Below are positions 23,136 to 34,795 of a DNA stretch of 64,000 nucleotides, piece after piece. The notes beneath the pieces were generated by a model. That model saw nothing but the letters and a program-made list of their open reading frames with translations. It searched no databases and was not told where the DNA came from. This DNA is from Lepidodermella squamata. Its lineage: Eukaryota; Animalia; Gastrotricha. The number at the start of each line of letters is the position of its first letter. Position 1 is the first letter of the stretch. The position numbers were made by a program, and so were the translations under genes. Where the stretch lies: the NCBI GenBank assembly GCA_047495785.1, contig JBLDXI010000023.1, positions 806,001 through 870,000 on the forward strand, given 5' to 3'.

Positions 23136-23379
23136 GTTTTGTTATTGCTTTGTTATTCACGTTTCTATGAGCTCTTGGCGAAGATGTTATTGGACGGAAG
23201 ATATTTGAAGATTGCGTATCAGTAATGCCAATAACGCCACTCGCAAAGAATTGATGTACCATCATCGTCAACAGAGAATACGGAAATACGGCAGACTCAG
23301 TCCGAATATTTGTAGACGACTCGGTTTTCACTCGTTGTGTTCCCCATTTTATTCCGAAATTGTGACAACGACAACCCTA

Positions 23380-24740
23380 AAATTGCAAGCGAAGGTCGTA
23401 TGTTCGAACAGTTGCTCTCGTTCTCGGAGTTATGGTCATCACCGACATCGATTCAACTTGTCGATGTAATTTAGTTGTACCTTGATCAATTTTTTCCAAG
23501 CATCTTTTGAAAATTTCAAATTCCAAAGAACGGTCCTAGGTTCGAAGTTCGAACCCAAGCTCTCGATCTTTCGCTCTGTAACGCCTTCTTTCATCCTCAT
23601 GCTCTCGTTATCGGCGTTAACGTCATCACTGACATCGATTTAACTTGTACATGTTATTCAATTCCTACCTGCTTAATTTTCATAAGTGTTTTTTTTGAAA
23701 ATGTAAAATTTCAAAGGAAGGTCGTGAGCTCGAACCCAAGCTTTCGTTTAACTGCTCCCCGATGATTTATTTCATCTTCATGCTCTCGTTCTCGCAGTTA
23801 TCGTCATCACCGACATCGATCTAACTTGTCTACAGTGTTCCGATTTTTGCCCACTGGACCACGCTCAGTGGCAGACACGAAAAAATATTCCTCATTAAAA
23901 CCGTTGAGTAAAGGGGTAGGGGTATAGTTAATCGGCGTACACTTTTAAGACCTTATGAAGCCAGCCAGGTTTAGGGATTTCTCGAGTGAAAAATCGCAAT
24001 TTTCTTGCTTTTATATCGAAAATGTTGCTCGCTTCGCTCGCTGATATCCATTTTCCTTTTATTTTCCATTCTCTTAAGCTAACAGTTCCCATTCTCATCA
24101 GACCCAATTTTTAATGATCTGGAATCTGGAATCTGTCCGGAAGGAAGTTGGAAAGAGACCTGAAATTCCCTCCTTTTTGGAGAAAAAACCAGCTTCGAGA
24201 TGCTCATTTTTCGCATTTTCAGAAGCGAATCGCCGAAAAATCGGCTCGCTTCACTCGCATTCTATTCCTATTTTTTTGTCTCCTGATTTTATAAAAGGCA
24301 ATATATAAGACCTTACTCCCCTAGAACAGCAGGCTTCGAGATTTAGGAAGTAGCATCTGTGATTTTTAAAAGGCATATTAACTAGTTCCGCGAATTTTGG
24401 CGAACTTTGAACCAATGAACATCAGCTTAGCGAATAAAATCGAAAAACATTTGAATAAATTCCTAATCGGCGTACACTTTTTCGCTGTTTTTTTTCCAGT
24501 GGCAGACACTGTTGAGTCACGAAAAAAAATCGGAGGACTGCTTGTCTATGTTATTATATCGTAGCCTGCTTCCTGCATAAATTGTATAAGAATTTTCTGA
24601 AAGTTTGAAATTCCAAACGAAGGTCGTGGGTTGGAACCCAAGCTCTGGTTCAGCTGCTCATTTATGATTTCTGTCATTCTTATGCTTTCGTTCTCGGCGT
24701 TATGTCATCGCTGACATCGCTTCAACTTTTCGAAGTTATT
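23380..24740. repeat. Degenerate ~180-190-bp tandem repeat (about 4 units), interrupted by a hAT MITE
   Basis: Recurring AAGGTCGT..TCGAACCCAAGCT..TGCTCTCGTTCTCG..GTCATCACYGACATCGATTYAACTTGT at ~23390, 23530, 23720 and 24620. Confidence 0.7.
23833..24540. mobile_element. hAT-type non-autonomous element with 8-bp TSD
   Basis: TIR CAGTGTTCCGATTTTT / AAAAATCGGAGGACTG. Perfect TSD CTTGTCTA at 23825-23832 and 24541-24548. Confidence 0.85.
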
Positions 24741-24909
24741 CAATCGTTAGTTCAATCCGTCAGTTCCAAATATAATTTTTTTATTATTCTTCTAGAAGTG
24801 TTATTATTCTACTACCTAGATTAATGATAGCGTGGTACAAGAACAAACACGATAACATATCAATACTGAACAAAGCCTCCATACAACAGGAAGGCGACTT
24901 TGTTGTTAG

Positions 24910-25136
24910 CAGGGTGCGATCTTCGATCCGCGAGCTCCCGGGGATGGAAAAATTTCGGGGAGTCATTTCGGCTAATAACCGAGCGAAGCGAGAAAATTTA
25001 GGAGATTTTCCACTAAAACACGCCCCAGAACCTTCCAAAATTAACAAAACAGTGGGATTAATTCTCATTTTGTTGTCTGGCCCGGCCGAGCTGGGGGGGA
25101 TGATCCCCCCCATCCCCCCCTGAAAGTCGCACACTG
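24910..25136. mobile_element. hAT-type MITE with 8-bp TSD
   Basis: TIR CAGGGTGCGA / TCGCACACTG. Perfect TSD GTTGTTAG at 24902-24909 and 25137-25144. Confidence 0.85.
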
Positions 25137-25833
25137 GTTGTTAGTGTCTAGTTCAAGCCGGTTCACTTAGTGAAAGGAGAAACACTGTTAATATAGTAAC
25201 GCCTTGAAAAAGCCCTGGCGTTACTATTTTGTGTTTCACTGACAATTTACACAAAATAGTAACGCCTGGCGTTCCTAAATATTTCTGTAACGCCTTGAGC
25301 AAATTTTCTGTAAAATGAGTAACGCTTTCGTTTTGCGAAATAATTCGTAACGCGTTATTCTTTTTGAAATGGGACGAATTTTCAAATCTTTGAATTTAGT
25401 AACGCCTGTGAGAAAATTAGCAACGCGTTACGCATTTCTTCTACGCTTCGAGCGATGCTATTTAAATTAGCTACGCGTTACCCATTTCATGCGAAAATCC
25501 ATCAAATTGTCTACGCGTTATTCAACGAACGAAAAGAAACGAAAAGCTTTTTATTTTGTCCTTTTTTCCAGATAAAACGAACGAAAATATACAATTTGGA
25601 AGGTAAGAAAAAAGGCGCAGGCACATCACGAAAAGGCGCTTGTCCGGGACAGTGCGCCACTCATAACACCGGACGGGCACATACTGAAATTATCACAAGG
25701 AGCGGAATTATCATACACAGCAGAAGACAGAAGGCTAGTGATTAGTGGTAGGACAGCAGAGACGGAAGGTAGAGGACGGGAGAGGAAGAAACAAGGAAAT
25801 AAGCAGGAAGGGGAAGAAGAAAGAGGAGAGAGA

Positions 25834-28707
25834 CTAACATTGTGGGACAGGGAGCGGGCCGGGCGGCAGGCGAGCGTTGAGAAGGAAGACAGGCGACTTC
25901 ACAGGCGGCGACGCGGAAAGCCGAACATTCTCGATGTCTTCGCGAAGCGGCAACACAAAGCGTACGACGTTGTCGGCATAGCGGCACTGGACGGCTTGTA
26001 AGTGCGAGGACAGACTGGGCAGGCGACAGCGCTGCTCCAGCGCACTAACACGAACACGATCATCGAGACGGACATGGAGAATGGCGCGCAGACAGTTATT
26101 CTGAAGCACGTCTAGGCGGCGGAGCTGCGTCTTCGCAGCAGACGCAAAGGAAACGAAGCCGAAGGTGGCGATGGAACGGACGAGCGCCAGGTAGGCGGTG
26201 CGGCGCCACCGGAAAGACAGCCCTGGCCGGCCAACAACCGAGCGGAACCACGACAGATTTTTCCCACAGCGATGGAGCACATGGTCGATATGGGGCTTCC
26301 AGGTCAACTTCTCATCGAACAGAATGCCCAGAATTCGAAGTACAGAGACTTGCGGGATGACAGTGCCTCCAAGCACGAGCCTCACACCGGGGGGACGACG
26401 GGAGAATGCGACAACCTCACTCTTTGCGGCGTTGAATTGCTGCCGCCACAGGCAGGCCCAAGCGGCGACGCGATCGACTTCCGCCTGAGCACACATCTCA
26501 GCTTCGGGGAACGAGGCACCAGAACCGACAACCGTCAGGTCATCAGCGTAGGCATCCAAGTCACAGCCAGGGGCACTGGGGGTCCGGAGAAGATCGCTAG
26601 TGTAGATGACATAGAGTAGGGGCGACAGCGGGGAACCTTGCGGCACGCCGCACTGCAGCTGGACCTGTCTGCTCAGAAAACCCGCAACGCGAGCTTGCAA
26701 CTTTCGATCTCGAAGATAGTCGGCGAGCCATCCGACCAGGTTGCGCGGGAGGGGCAACTGGCCAAGCTTGTAGACGAGACCGGCATGCCATACCGAGTCG
26801 TATGCGGCCTTGACATCCAGGCCGACAACTACCACCTTGCGCTTATCCACTCGGGCCTTGTGCACCCTGTGGGCTACGCGGACAGGGACGTCCACCGCAG
26901 ACCGGTGCTCACGAAACGCGAATTGATTATCCGGCAACAGATGTTGGTCCTCCAGCACCTGGCTCACCCAGCGGGCGATGATTGCCTCGAGAATCTTGCC
27001 ATCAGTAGGGAGTAACGAAATAGGCCGCTGCGAGGACACCGCAGCCCTTGGCTTACCGGACTTCGGCACCGCCACAGCCACGGCTTCCTTCCAATCAGGC
27101 AAGGCGAAACCACTTCCGAGACACATGTTGTACAGCCGCCTAAGGTGAATCTGCAGGGGAACACCGCCCCACTTGTAGTACACATTGCCGATGCCATCGA
27201 GTCCAGGTGCCTTGAAAGGCTGCAGCCGATCGATCTCACGCGCTAGCATCCGTTGGCTGACGCTAAAGTCCTGAGGCCCAGGAAGCCGAATCACACCGAC
27301 TGGCTGCAAGGCCGGGTCATTGGCCATTGCATGTTCCAGCTCGAGCCACCGCTGACGCGTCGTCGCATCGGCGGCCGGATCACAGTAGGGATACATCGGG
27401 GCGATAAAGTGGGTGAGTAGCTCGTCGGCCAGAGTCACGGACGGGTGGAGGATACTACCGTCAGGGAGCGTCATGGGCCCGCACGTGCGGGGCTGCTGGT
27501 GCCGGTCAAGTTGGCGCAGGCGCACCCAAGCTTCTCGGTAACGAAGTTGTCCAGATAGCGCTTCGACCTGCCGCAGATTGGCCACGTCACGACGAAAGGC
27601 GTGCCGCTCCTTCGCATCTCGGAACGCACCGTCCAGACGCCGCAGTTCGGCAGCAAGAACGGGGTCAACATGTCCACGGATCGCCCGCTCCAGTACTCGC
27701 TTCTGCTTAAGAAGGACTCGCATCTCGGAAGACAGAGAAATCTTTTTTAATTCGCTACGGTCGCAGAGGGGAACATGAAGCCGACGCGCCTCAGCCAGAG
27801 AAGCGTTAATAGCGCGGCGATAAGTAGTCAGGCGGGCTTGCGGATCGCCAACCTGAGGAAGAGCAATAGCGGCGAGTAGCGTCCAGAGCGTGCGTTGGTA
27901 GCCATGGCGATCGGCCCGAGATAAATCGAATCGAAGGGCAGGCTCAGGGTCGGGCAGACGCCGCCTCACCCCGAGTACGGGGACGTCGAAACGAGTGGAA
28001 GTGCTAAAGTGATCGCTGTTGAATCTGTCGCCGACGGACACGTCACTGGTGAGCAGGCAGAGGGCAGTGGCATTGAGGACCCACACGTCAAGCGTAGACA
28101 GACTACCAGTTCTCAGATCGATGTGCGTAGGAGCAGAGCGTAACACAGTTAACCCGAGCCGGGTGGCGACATGATGAAGCTTGTATCCATTTGGGTTCCA
28201 CAGGTCAGTAGCGCCCCAGAGCGGAGATTTCGCATTGAGGTCACCAGCAAAGACGCAAGGTGTGGGATCGGCTTCCGCCTCTTCAAACTCGCGTTCGAGA
28301 AAGCGCAAGTCTAAATCGGAGGACGGTGGACAATAGCCAGTGACGATTCGAAAAGCGGCAGCACGAGGATCAGGGACAACGTCCAGACGGAGCCATTCGC
28401 TACGCTTGCGACCCACCATAGCCAGTTTGCGCTCGCTAAGGACGGTGACGCCCTCCCGAACGAGAAAGGCAGCGCCACCGCAAGACCCCCTGTACAGCAG
28501 TTCGTCCGGGGCCTGCTCCCTATCACACCTAAAGACAGCGAAACGATCGAAGAACACAGAAGAAAGAGAGAAGTAATAGGTTTCACTTAAAAAGACAAAC
28601 AAAGCATCAATTAAGTCAGATAAATACGTTATTTCGACAGGCTTGCCATTGGCACCCTGAGGGTTCCACTGCAGCATAGAGACGGGAATGAGCTCAGTTG
28701 TCGTCAT
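25834..28707 (-). CDS. LINE ORF2: apurinic endonuclease + reverse transcriptase, 957 aa from ATG 28707
   Basis: APE motifs QWN, LSET, GDLNAKS, SDH. RT motifs KAPGLDG, RPISLL, QFAFR, LDVKAAYDSVWH, GVPQGSPLSPLLY, YADD. No stops. Confidence 0.92.
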   Translation of the reverse strand: MTTTELIPVSMLQWNPQGANGKPVEITYLSDLIDALFVFLSETYYFSLSSVFFDRFAVFRCDREQAPDELLYRGSCGGAAFLVREGVTVLSERKLAMVGRKRSEWLRLDVVPDPRAAAFRIVTGYCPPSSDLDLRFLEREFEEAEADPTPCVFAGDLNAKSPLWGATDLWNPNGYKLHHVATRLGLTVLRSAPTHIDLRTGSLSTLDVWVLNATALCLLTSDVSVGDRFNSDHFSTSTRFDVPVLGVRRRLPDPEPALRFDLSRADRHGYQRTLWTLLAAIALPQVGDPQARLTTYRRAINASLAEARRLHVPLCDRSELKKISLSSEMRVLLKQKRVLERAIRGHVDPVLAAELRRLDGAFRDAKERHAFRRDVANLRQVEALSGQLRYREAWVRLRQLDRHQQPRTCGPMTLPDGSILHPSVTLADELLTHFIAPMYPYCDPAADATTRQRWLELEHAMANDPALQPVGVIRLPGPQDFSVSQRMLAREIDRLQPFKAPGLDGIGNVYYKWGGVPLQIHLRRLYNMCLGSGFALPDWKEAVAVAVPKSGKPRAAVSSQRPISLLPTDGKILEAIIARWVSQVLEDQHLLPDNQFAFREHRSAVDVPVRVAHRVHKARVDKRKVVVVGLDVKAAYDSVWHAGLVYKLGQLPLPRNLVGWLADYLRDRKLQARVAGFLSRQVQLQCGVPQGSPLSPLLYVIYTSDLLRTPSAPGCDLDAYADDLTVVGSGASFPEAEMCAQAEVDRVAAWACLWRQQFNAAKSEVVAFSRRPPGVRLVLGGTVIPQVSVLRILGILFDEKLTWKPHIDHVLHRCGKNLSWFRSVVGRPGLSFRWRRTAYLALVRSIATFGFVSFASAAKTQLRRLDVLQNNCLRAILHVRLDDRVRVSALEQRCRLPSLSSHLQAVQCRYADNVVRFVLPLREDIENVRLSASPPVKSPVFLLNARLPPGPLPVPQC

Positions 28708-29231
28708 AGCGGTACGAGCCGGTGCCATCCATCCGCTGGTCGTTGCCGCCGCTGTGGAGGTCGTAGACTTCATTGGACAGGTGAGCCAACGATTCTTCGA
28801 GGTCTCGACGCCAGGCGACCTGGTTAGCGCGATCAGCCGCGACGGCGTCAGACAGGGCGTGCAGTTGTAGCTGGATATTCTTGAGCAGAGAAGAGATGCC
28901 CGCAACAGCAGCACTGAGCTGTGCAGACGAGGACGACTCGGCGCCGGGGGGAACCACGGGACCAGAGGGAGGCGTAGGCGGCGGCGGCGGCGGCGGCGGC
29001 GGCGCAGCGGTGTGAGCAAAGCTGCGACCCGGGGTGACGTGGGACGACCTACCACCACCATGCCGAATGCTGGCAGCCGCGGCAAGCTTGTCGAGCTTGG
29101 CAGCAGCGTGAGCACGTCGGGATTCGATCTCAGCCGATTGGGCGGCCTTGAATGCGGGGCAGCCGCGCCAGGTGCTGAAATGCTTCGGAGCCCCGCCATC
29201 GGGACAGTTGCAGCAATGAGCTTCAATATTC
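28694..29231 (-). CDS. LINE ORF1 (gag-like) C-terminal remnant
   Basis: Zinc knuckle, poly-Pro tract and coiled-coil-like segment. Its stop lies just downstream of the ORF2 ATG (short overlap). Confidence 0.75.
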
Positions 29232-31139
29232 ATTCAAATAAAAAAAATTCAACAACGTCTTTTTATTTTGAAACACCAGTCTTAAAACATCGTATAAAGC
29301 GAAAATTACAAAAAAACCAAGAAGTCACTAGCTGTCAAAGTGCAGCGTTACCCAGGTATCTAGGCTCTCTAGCTCGGGCTGTACAGTGAAAACTTGAAAA
29401 CTTCGTTAATAAATACAATTTCAAGAAATATTATACATTTTGAATAACTTTAAGTATAAATTTTATGGGGGAAAATTTTTCGTAACGCCAGGTTTCGTAA
29501 ACGAGTAACTCCTGGATGTGGCAATAAGTAACGCCAGCCTGTAAAAACACGTAACGCCTGGTTCGAGAAAACCGCCCTCAATATTTTCAAAATAATAACG
29601 CCAGCTTGTAAAAACACGTAACGCCACAGGCTTTTAATAACGCCCTCATTTCTTTCAAAAACTAGTAACGCCAGGTGCAGGAAATAAAATAACACTGCTT
29701 GCCTTTAATAAAAATAACGCCTGGACAGCATCATGTTTGTTCAAAAACAAAGAAATTAAAAAAAGTAACGCTTGTTGCGAAAATTAGTAACGCTTGCGGC
29801 GTTCTCTCTGACATCGATGCAGTTATTAGCGGTTAGGTTTTCAAATTTATTAGTAACGCTTCGGCTTGTGTGCCGGCATAAAGCCTGCAATTATAGTCAA
29901 AAAGGAGCCGCTAGTTGCAAGTCGCTCAACCGCCAACGCCAGTTATGGCCACGCGCTGACTTCATTCAATTCAAATTTAATTCGAATAAAAGTCGCTGTA
30001 AATACATTCGCGAGGTTTGTTCAAGTACATTTTCACTATTTCACATATATATTAAATGAATTCTATTTCAATGCAGGGTCATAATTAATCAAACAAGGTA
30101 TGAGTATTTTTATATGTTTATTGCGCGATATTATAACGCAGATGTCTTTGTTGTTTTTGTTGATTCTAGGCATTGGAGGTAAGAACTAATGTTAAAATTT
30201 CTGCATTTATTAAAACAGCGCTTCTAAGGTGAGTTAACACTGTAATACAGCTATTCTGCATTTCTTCCTTCATATTTCCCTGTTGCACGTTTCTCTATCA
30301 CAAATCACAATGCACAAACTACGACTTTCTTGCGCTATCTTTTCGGTCCTCATAGCATGTTAGCGGCGTGAAATAACAGACAGCGGTAACATCGCGTCAA
30401 AAAGTTACCGCCGGATGTATTATGCGTCGCTGAGATCAACACAGAATAACACTGCAGTGGTGTTGTGCTTGATTCTTCTATGACACCGGGCAACGTAAAG
30501 GGTGTCACGTCAATCTTCACATTGATTGACAATGTGAAGTTAAGTGTCTCGATTTAAACTTTAAACCGTAACGCCTTCATTGGAAATGAAGTAACGCCAT
30601 GAGGAGAAAATAAGTAACGCTATGAAACGAAAAGAAGTAACGCCCTGAGGAGAAAATAAGTAACGCTATGAAACGAAAAGAAGTAACGCCTGGAAAATAA
30701 AAAGTAACGCTATGAAACGAAAAGAGGTAACGCCTGGAAAATAAAAAGTAACGCTTTAGAGTGAAAATTCGTAGCGCCTTGAGTTAAATGAGTAACGCCA
30801 TGGATTAGAGAAAAGTAACGCCTGGATGCTTAAATGAACAACGCGTAGCTATTTTTCATGTCTAAGCGTTACTTAATTTTAAATAGGCTACGCGTTACCG
30901 TAACAAAGAAATAACGCGTTACGCATTTATTTTTCAGGCGTTATTTTATTAACAGTGAACAGCGTTATCCACACTCTAACCATCAAGTTTCCGCCATTTT
31001 TTCCAGAGTACTCAGTGCTAACGAGTCCTTCTGCAAGAAAAACGTTTTTTTGGGGGGGCTTCACCAGCAGAAACGATTACGTCCGAAAGAAAACTAGTTG
31101 TTCCCTTCCAAGGGCCGGTATATTTCGTGTTGCACGTTA

Positions 31140-31385
31140 TTGCTGGCTATTTCGAACCCAAAACCACTCAAATGGAGATAAATTGTAAGTCTATCTGCAT
31201 TCTCTTCTCGCATGATGAAGCTCTGAAAACTTCAATATCGATCCACCGAAAGGAGCTTCTGGAATGATGCCAATTTTCGCTATAAATAGAGAAAGCTTTA
31301 TATACTTATTCCGGAAGTTTATACACACTGAGAGTCAGGTCCACTTGCTTTTTTGATCCGGTTATTGAGAAATATCCGAGCAATA
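31140..31385 (-). promoter_or_regulatory. Orphaned 5' flank of a subfamily A pLGIC gene
   Basis: Colinear with 13228-13465 (TTCGAACC.AAAACCACT.AAATGGAGATAAATTGTAAGT...TTCCGGAAGTTTATA...ATATCCGAGCAA) but not followed by coding sequence. Confidence 0.75.
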
Positions 31386-31521
31386 TCCGAGAGTATTGCC
31401 GACCAGTATTTTCCAGGTTGTTCGCAGCCACAGTCACTTGTGTCCCCAAATGTAGGTTTATTCAAGATGCATGATCAGATACAAATTCCATACAAATACT
31501 ATTTAACATATGAAATAGTAT

Positions 31522-32706
31522 TCAATCTTGTAGATAAAGTCCAATGGTAACAAAATTCAAAGCTATTTGCGCAGTTATCATGCTAAAAACAACAGTAACT
31601 TCAACGGTTGTTTGCAATGAGATTTTCCCACCTAAACAGAATCCATTCATCTTAACGCTGAAATTGTTCGCTAGAAAGCAGATTAAAGCCGAATAGATAA
31701 TAATGCACATGCCGAAAACAGTTTGGCAAAACACATAATATGAAGCTAGTACCCTGCTGGGTGTTTTAGGTAAGTTTTGCAGAACTGAATCCTGAATCAC
31801 GAAAAATGCAAGCATTATGGTGCAAGCAAAGCATGCCCTGTCAGGCGTCTCTGGGGGGAGGAAAAGAGCACTGAGCGTTAGCAAGCTCAGAATGAGACCA
31901 GGACCAAAGCAATTCAAAAGGTAATAATCGGCCTTTCTCTTAAATTTCAGATGAAATGCGACTTGAAGGATAGACGGGTCATTGCCTGAGTTTAGGTAGC
32001 CCAATGTGGAGCCATTGTACAATGACGTTGACTTGCCGATGAGTTGCCAATTCGAATTCTGAGGCATGAATGTGTCGATGAGTAAATGCCAGTATTCAGC
32101 CGATCCGAATACGATATAATTTGGAGTTTGGTTCAAAACAATTGATAAGGAACATTTTTGCTCGTCGAAGGGGAATTTCCAAAAATACAAATCGCAGTAG
32201 GATGTGAACGTTCCCGTGAACGTGTATCGAAAAACGCCAGTCGTTAGGGTTATATAAAAATGCTTCGCGTGATCTGATGATTCATCCAGAGCTGAACCTC
32301 GAATGCTGTTTCGTAGAGTGACACTAGGCCGCCAGTAAACCTTCGGCAATTCATGCTGAAGCGTCGTTATTTTAGCTGGCCACCATTTTGAAGACGCGTT
32401 GTAGACATCCGCAACACATGGGACTTGCCATTCTAGGATAACAATGCCAATGAAGCTGAGATATTCGCCGACATCATTGATCTCGATGAATCTATCCAGC
32501 TGTAGCCAGACGTTGATCTTTGTCGGGATATCTTCGACGTCTTGCGGAGAATTTACTCCTGCGCCTATTCGACAACTCTGCATCAGAGTTTCGGTTAAAT
32601 TGGATGATACAATTGGTAGCGCCGCTGCAGATAGGGTTTCAATAAGGATAGAAGAAAGCATGATATTTTTAACCAAGGAGTAGGGCCATTTCTTTCTAAT
32701 TTTCAT
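31522..32706 (-). CDS. Divergent Cys-loop pLGIC subunit (subfamily A), single exon, 394 aa
   Basis: ATG 32706, CDLYFWKFPFDEQKC, 4 TM, PPETPDRACFACTIML. Confidence 0.95.
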   Translation of the reverse strand: MKIRKKWPYSLVKNIMLSSILIETLSAAALPIVSSNLTETLMQSCRIGAGVNSPQDVEDIPTKINVWLQLDRFIEINDVGEYLSFIGIVILEWQVPCVADVYNASSKWWPAKITTLQHELPKVYWRPSVTLRNSIRGSALDESSDHAKHFYITLTTGVFRYTFTGTFTSYCDLYFWKFPFDEQKCSLSIVLNQTPNYIVFGSAEYWHLLIDTFMPQNSNWQLIGKSTSLYNGSTLGYLNSGNDPSILQVAFHLKFKRKADYYLLNCFGPGLILSLLTLSALFLPPETPDRACFACTIMLAFFVIQDSVLQNLPKTPSRVLASYYVFCQTVFGMCIIIYSALICFLANNFSVKMNGFCLGGKISLQTTVEVTVVFSMITAQIALNFVTIGLYLQD

Positions 32707-32864
32707 TTGTTGTAAGTAAGGAATATCTACATATATGTAATTGACAATCACTGTTAAATCAATGGGAAAATTATTAGGAATTTATTTTCATTATTCTGCC
32801 GTAAAAGTTGCTGCGGATAAATTGGGCAACGATCGCGCTACATAGGCCCGAATTAGGCGCAGTC

Positions 32865-33390
32865 CAGTGTTCAGCCTGGTTTAGGATTCTCGGCTTGAGG
32901 GGAAAGCGTTCTCAAAATGTCTTTTTTTATCCGACGCATGTCCTATTTCATCCGATATCCAACAATGTGACTAAAATCATCCGACATGAAAATAATCGAT
33001 TTTCTTAATTTTCCAGCTCCCGGATTCTATTTTGCCGTGGGTTCATACCCCTTTTATGCACCCTATGAGGGTTCCGACTAGGTCAAGCTCTGAGGTGGTA
33101 AATCGAGCATTTTGGGACCCTTACTTTTTTCAGAAATTGTCGAACGCCAGGAGGGTTCGTTCACCCCCTTACCCCCCGTACTCGGACCACTGCACCCTAT
33201 TTTGGCACCTGAACCGGAATAATTTTATGGTGAAAGATTTATGGCGATCAGAGCAGTCACTTTTTTGCTGTAATCTTTTTTAAGGTATGAAAAAGCACGT
33301 CGGATGTTTTCAGTCAAATTTTTGGGATATCGGATTAAAAATGACATGTGTCGGATGAAAAAAGTATCACCCGGCTAGAGAAACTGCTGG
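32865..33390. mobile_element. MITE-like element with inverted subterminal repeats
   Basis: TTTTTTATCCGACGCATGTC..ATCCGATATCC (~32923-32960) is mirrored by GGATATCGGAT..GACATGTGTCGGATGAAAAAA (~33325-33363). Ends are imprecise. Confidence 0.5.
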
Positions 33391-33999
33391 GAAGAGTGTC
33401 GCGTTTTGAACTACTTGGCATCTCAAAATGCATGAGATCAAATGTTTGAAAATATCTGGAGTATAGGTTTTTCTGGCAATAATAATATCACCAATTTACT
33501 CCGCAACCCAGGAAGAATTTCACCACTTGATTTTTTGTTTTCTGTTATCTAAGATTTAACCTTAAAACATGAATTTCATTAAGTACCTATAATGTTTACT
33601 ACTGACGTAAAGAGAAGTGGTGAATAAGGAAATACATCAAAAACAAACCGGATAGAGAAATGTTGGCATGGGTTCAAAATGTACTAAATCATAGAAAACT
33701 GCTGACGCAACCGAATTATCGAGAAGGACTGCAGCATGGAATTCAAATACGACAGATATATATATTAAAATCAATATTTAACGGAAGTTTATCTTACTTG
33801 CGCGTCAGGCTCGGTAGAATTTCCGGATTGAACATCGCCAAATATTTTTTTGTGAAGCGACGCCGAGCAGAAACTGGGTAATTAAAATTATTTGAGCAGC
33901 AGGAGTTAATGGGCTCTTTCTGTTCTACCCCGCAGTTTTAGCTCAGAATAAGACCATTACTTCAACTCGAATTCAAACAGACATGAGAAAAAAATACTG

Positions 34000-34795
34000 A
34001 ATTCTTTTGATACACAAACATTGTAATAACATTCAGGAGGATCTGACCAGTAATAAGACTGATAGAAATTCAATCGATGATGATTCAAGCGTAATTTTCG
34101 TCCCGAAGACACATCGCTTCATTCGATCACTAAATTTGTTAGCGATGAAGGAAATCAAAGCTGAATAGATAACAACACACGTGCCAAAAACAGTTTGGCA
34201 TAACACGTAAGACGAAGCTATGAATCTAATGGGTGTTTTGGGTGGATTCTGCAAAACTTGGTCTTGAATCACAAAAATAGCCAACATGGTTGAACACGCA
34301 TAGCAAGACCTATCAGGCATTTCCGGCGGTATTAGTAGAGCACACAAAATGAGAACGCTTATAGAATGATACAGGGATCAAAACAATTCATCATGTAGTA
34401 GTCAGATTTACGTTTGAATATAAAGAAGAACGAGACTTGATAAAATGATGAATCATCCTGAAACGTCATGGAAACCCATCACAGACGCGTTGTACATTTC
34501 GAAGTATTCTTCAATCAAATCCCAGTGTGAATTTCTCGGCATGAGATTATTGTTGTAGCCTGGCACATATTCGGCAGATTGGATCGCTAAATTGCTCGAA
34601 TATTGGTTTGAAACGATTGTAATGTCGCAAACTAGTTCGTAGAAAGTAAACTTCCCGAAGTCCAAATCACAGTAAGTCGATAGCAGACCGGTGAAGCTGT
34701 ATTGAAAAGTTCCAGTTCCAAGCGTTATGAACTGTAATTGCGTAAATTCCGAGGACCCCTTTAGAGATTAGCATCTGGTGCCAATTTTGAATGAT
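34000..34795 (-). pseudogene. pLGIC subfamily B pseudogene (frameshifts, large ECD deletion)
   Basis: Fragments CDITIVSNQYSSN..MPRNSHW and CALLIPPEMPDRSCYACSTML match 13662..14804. WHQML is joined directly to mid-ECD. Its 5' flank at 34900-35012 matches 14915-15002. Confidence 0.88.

Larger units (their letters stand above)
25526..29231 (-). mobile_element. APE-type LINE (I/Jockey-like), 5'-truncated in ORF1
   Basis: GC-rich block. ORF1 remnant with a CCHC knuckle (CCNCPDGGAPKHFSTWRGC). 3' tail AATAAA-(TTTCG/TTCG)n. Possible TSD ATTCAA at 25520-25525 and 29232-29237. Confidence 0.9.
25183..30957. mobile_element. Non-autonomous CACTA/EnSpm-like DNA transposon with GTAACGC arrays, hosting a LINE
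   Basis: TIR CACTGTTAATATAGTAACGCC / GGCGTTATTTTATTAACAGTG, flanked by AA on both sides (2-bp TSD). Dozens of (A)GTAACGC motifs at 25195-25520, 29480-29860 and 30567-30945. Confidence 0.75.

Noticed and set aside
28708-29226. N-terminal 173 aa of the 1130-aa ORF (poly-Arg)
   Set aside because: It is an alternative reading of ORF1's poly-Pro region. The APE domain begins just after ATG 28707.
30567-30945. CRISPR-like repeat/spacer appearance
   Set aside because: The repeat is only 7-8 bp, the spacers themselves repeat, the context is eukaryotic, there are no cas genes, and it lies inside TE TIRs.
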